From Takakia lepidozioides (lineage: Eukaryota; Plantae; Bryophyta): a stretch of DNA of 64,000 nucleotides. Location: the NCBI GenBank assembly GCA_030704615.1, contig CM060734.1:25048001-25112000 (forward strand), in the 5' to 3' direction. This document shows positions 63,103 through 64,000 of this stretch, in pieces (position 1 is the first letter of the stretch; the number at the start of each line of letters is the position of its first letter). The notes below the pieces were generated by a model. It worked only from the letters and a program-made list of their open reading frames with translations, did no database searches and had not been told where the DNA came from. The translations under genes and the position numbers were made by a program.

Positions 63103-64000
63103 CTGAAGCAGTGAAATATATACAGTGGCCCTGCCTTAGTGACCTTTCCCCCGACATTTCTTTTCTGATTCACTTCTCTGTTTGGCTTTCTTGTTCTCAT
63201 CCATTTCAACGGCGAGTCCGACACTGGCATCACTGAAAGTAGTGCTAGTGCCCATAGTAATGACCGACAAATCTTGCCATTCAGGGTCCACAAATGAGAA
63301 AAACCTCTTCTGCTTCCTGCTCCAGCTTGTTTACCACAAGGGCTTGAGCCTCCAGTGTGTACTAAAAGTAGTTGATGACCAGAGGGTGTTCAGGCCGGGT
63401 GGGCCCATGTCCTGCTATAGAGGGACTGCCTCGGTCCTGTATCCGGTAAATAGCAACACCTGCCTATTGGCTGCCATGCATGCCGGAGGTTTGTTTTTCC
63501 ACAGATCCTGGTTGGACTTCGTAGTTGGATAGGTTTCAACCAAATCTGCGGTTCCAACTATTCATGTAAAGACAACATCAGTCTCCACAGTATGCAGCTT
63601 CCATAGCCAGAAGGCGGTGGCAAGTGCAATCTAATTAAAGCACTCTTTCCTGAGTTGCTGACAAACTTTGTGACTCAATGAGGTGCTACCCTGGCACTGG
63701 CAGCATTCTCCATTCATGCCATGCCCAACCAGGAAAGGTTAATCTGGACATTTAAGGCTGCCATGCTACTTTAAGCCCTTGTCAGGGAAAGGCATTACAA
63801 GTTGATCTCCATCCATATCGTCCTAGAGAAACCAGGTGCCTCAGTTAAACCTTACAATGTATGGATGTGGTGGTGGTCCCAGAAGCTGAAAGAGATACAT
63901 CTCAGCAAATTCTCATTTATCAGCAGCCATGCAAAACCAAGAAAGGCTCCCTCCTTTGGGTGTGGCTGAAGAATGTTTTCATTTTTTCACAGAAATCACA

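Noticed and set aside
1-64000. Most short ORFs in the six-frame track
   Set aside because: Antisense or off-frame shadows of TE coding sequence, or random ORFs with no recognisable motifs.

Overview
Eukaryotic nuclear DNA, rich in transposons. It is most likely from a non-seed land plant, judging from a moss-style PLS-class PPR fragment, P5B-ATPase exon relics and a spliced PP2A gene. The only apparently intact host gene is the 3' half of a PP2A catalytic-subunit gene (minus strand, 61.5-63.1 kb). The rest is nested, mostly decayed mobile DNA. (1) A Ty3/Gypsy-type gag-protease element at 4.1-7.05 kb (-) whose pol frame runs directly from the aspartic protease into a C5-cytosine DNA methyltransferase (motifs I, IV, VI). 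(2) A ~9.5-kb DNA transposon at 9578-19079 with a P-element-like transposase, bipartite 12bp-N18-9bp inverted termini, a tRNA-like subterminal motif, amplified exon/intron units and a captured PPR fragment. It sits in (3), a non-chromoviral Gypsy element (19.1-30.1 kb, -) whose 3' end and LTR appear inverted to 8.3-9.3 kb. (4) A near-complete chromovirus (33376-40278, -) nested in an LTR of its own family. (5) CACTA and two Sola-like transposase relics, a MITE-like insertion, and a mosaic of host-gene fragments. All family assignments come from motifs read by eye; no database searches were run.
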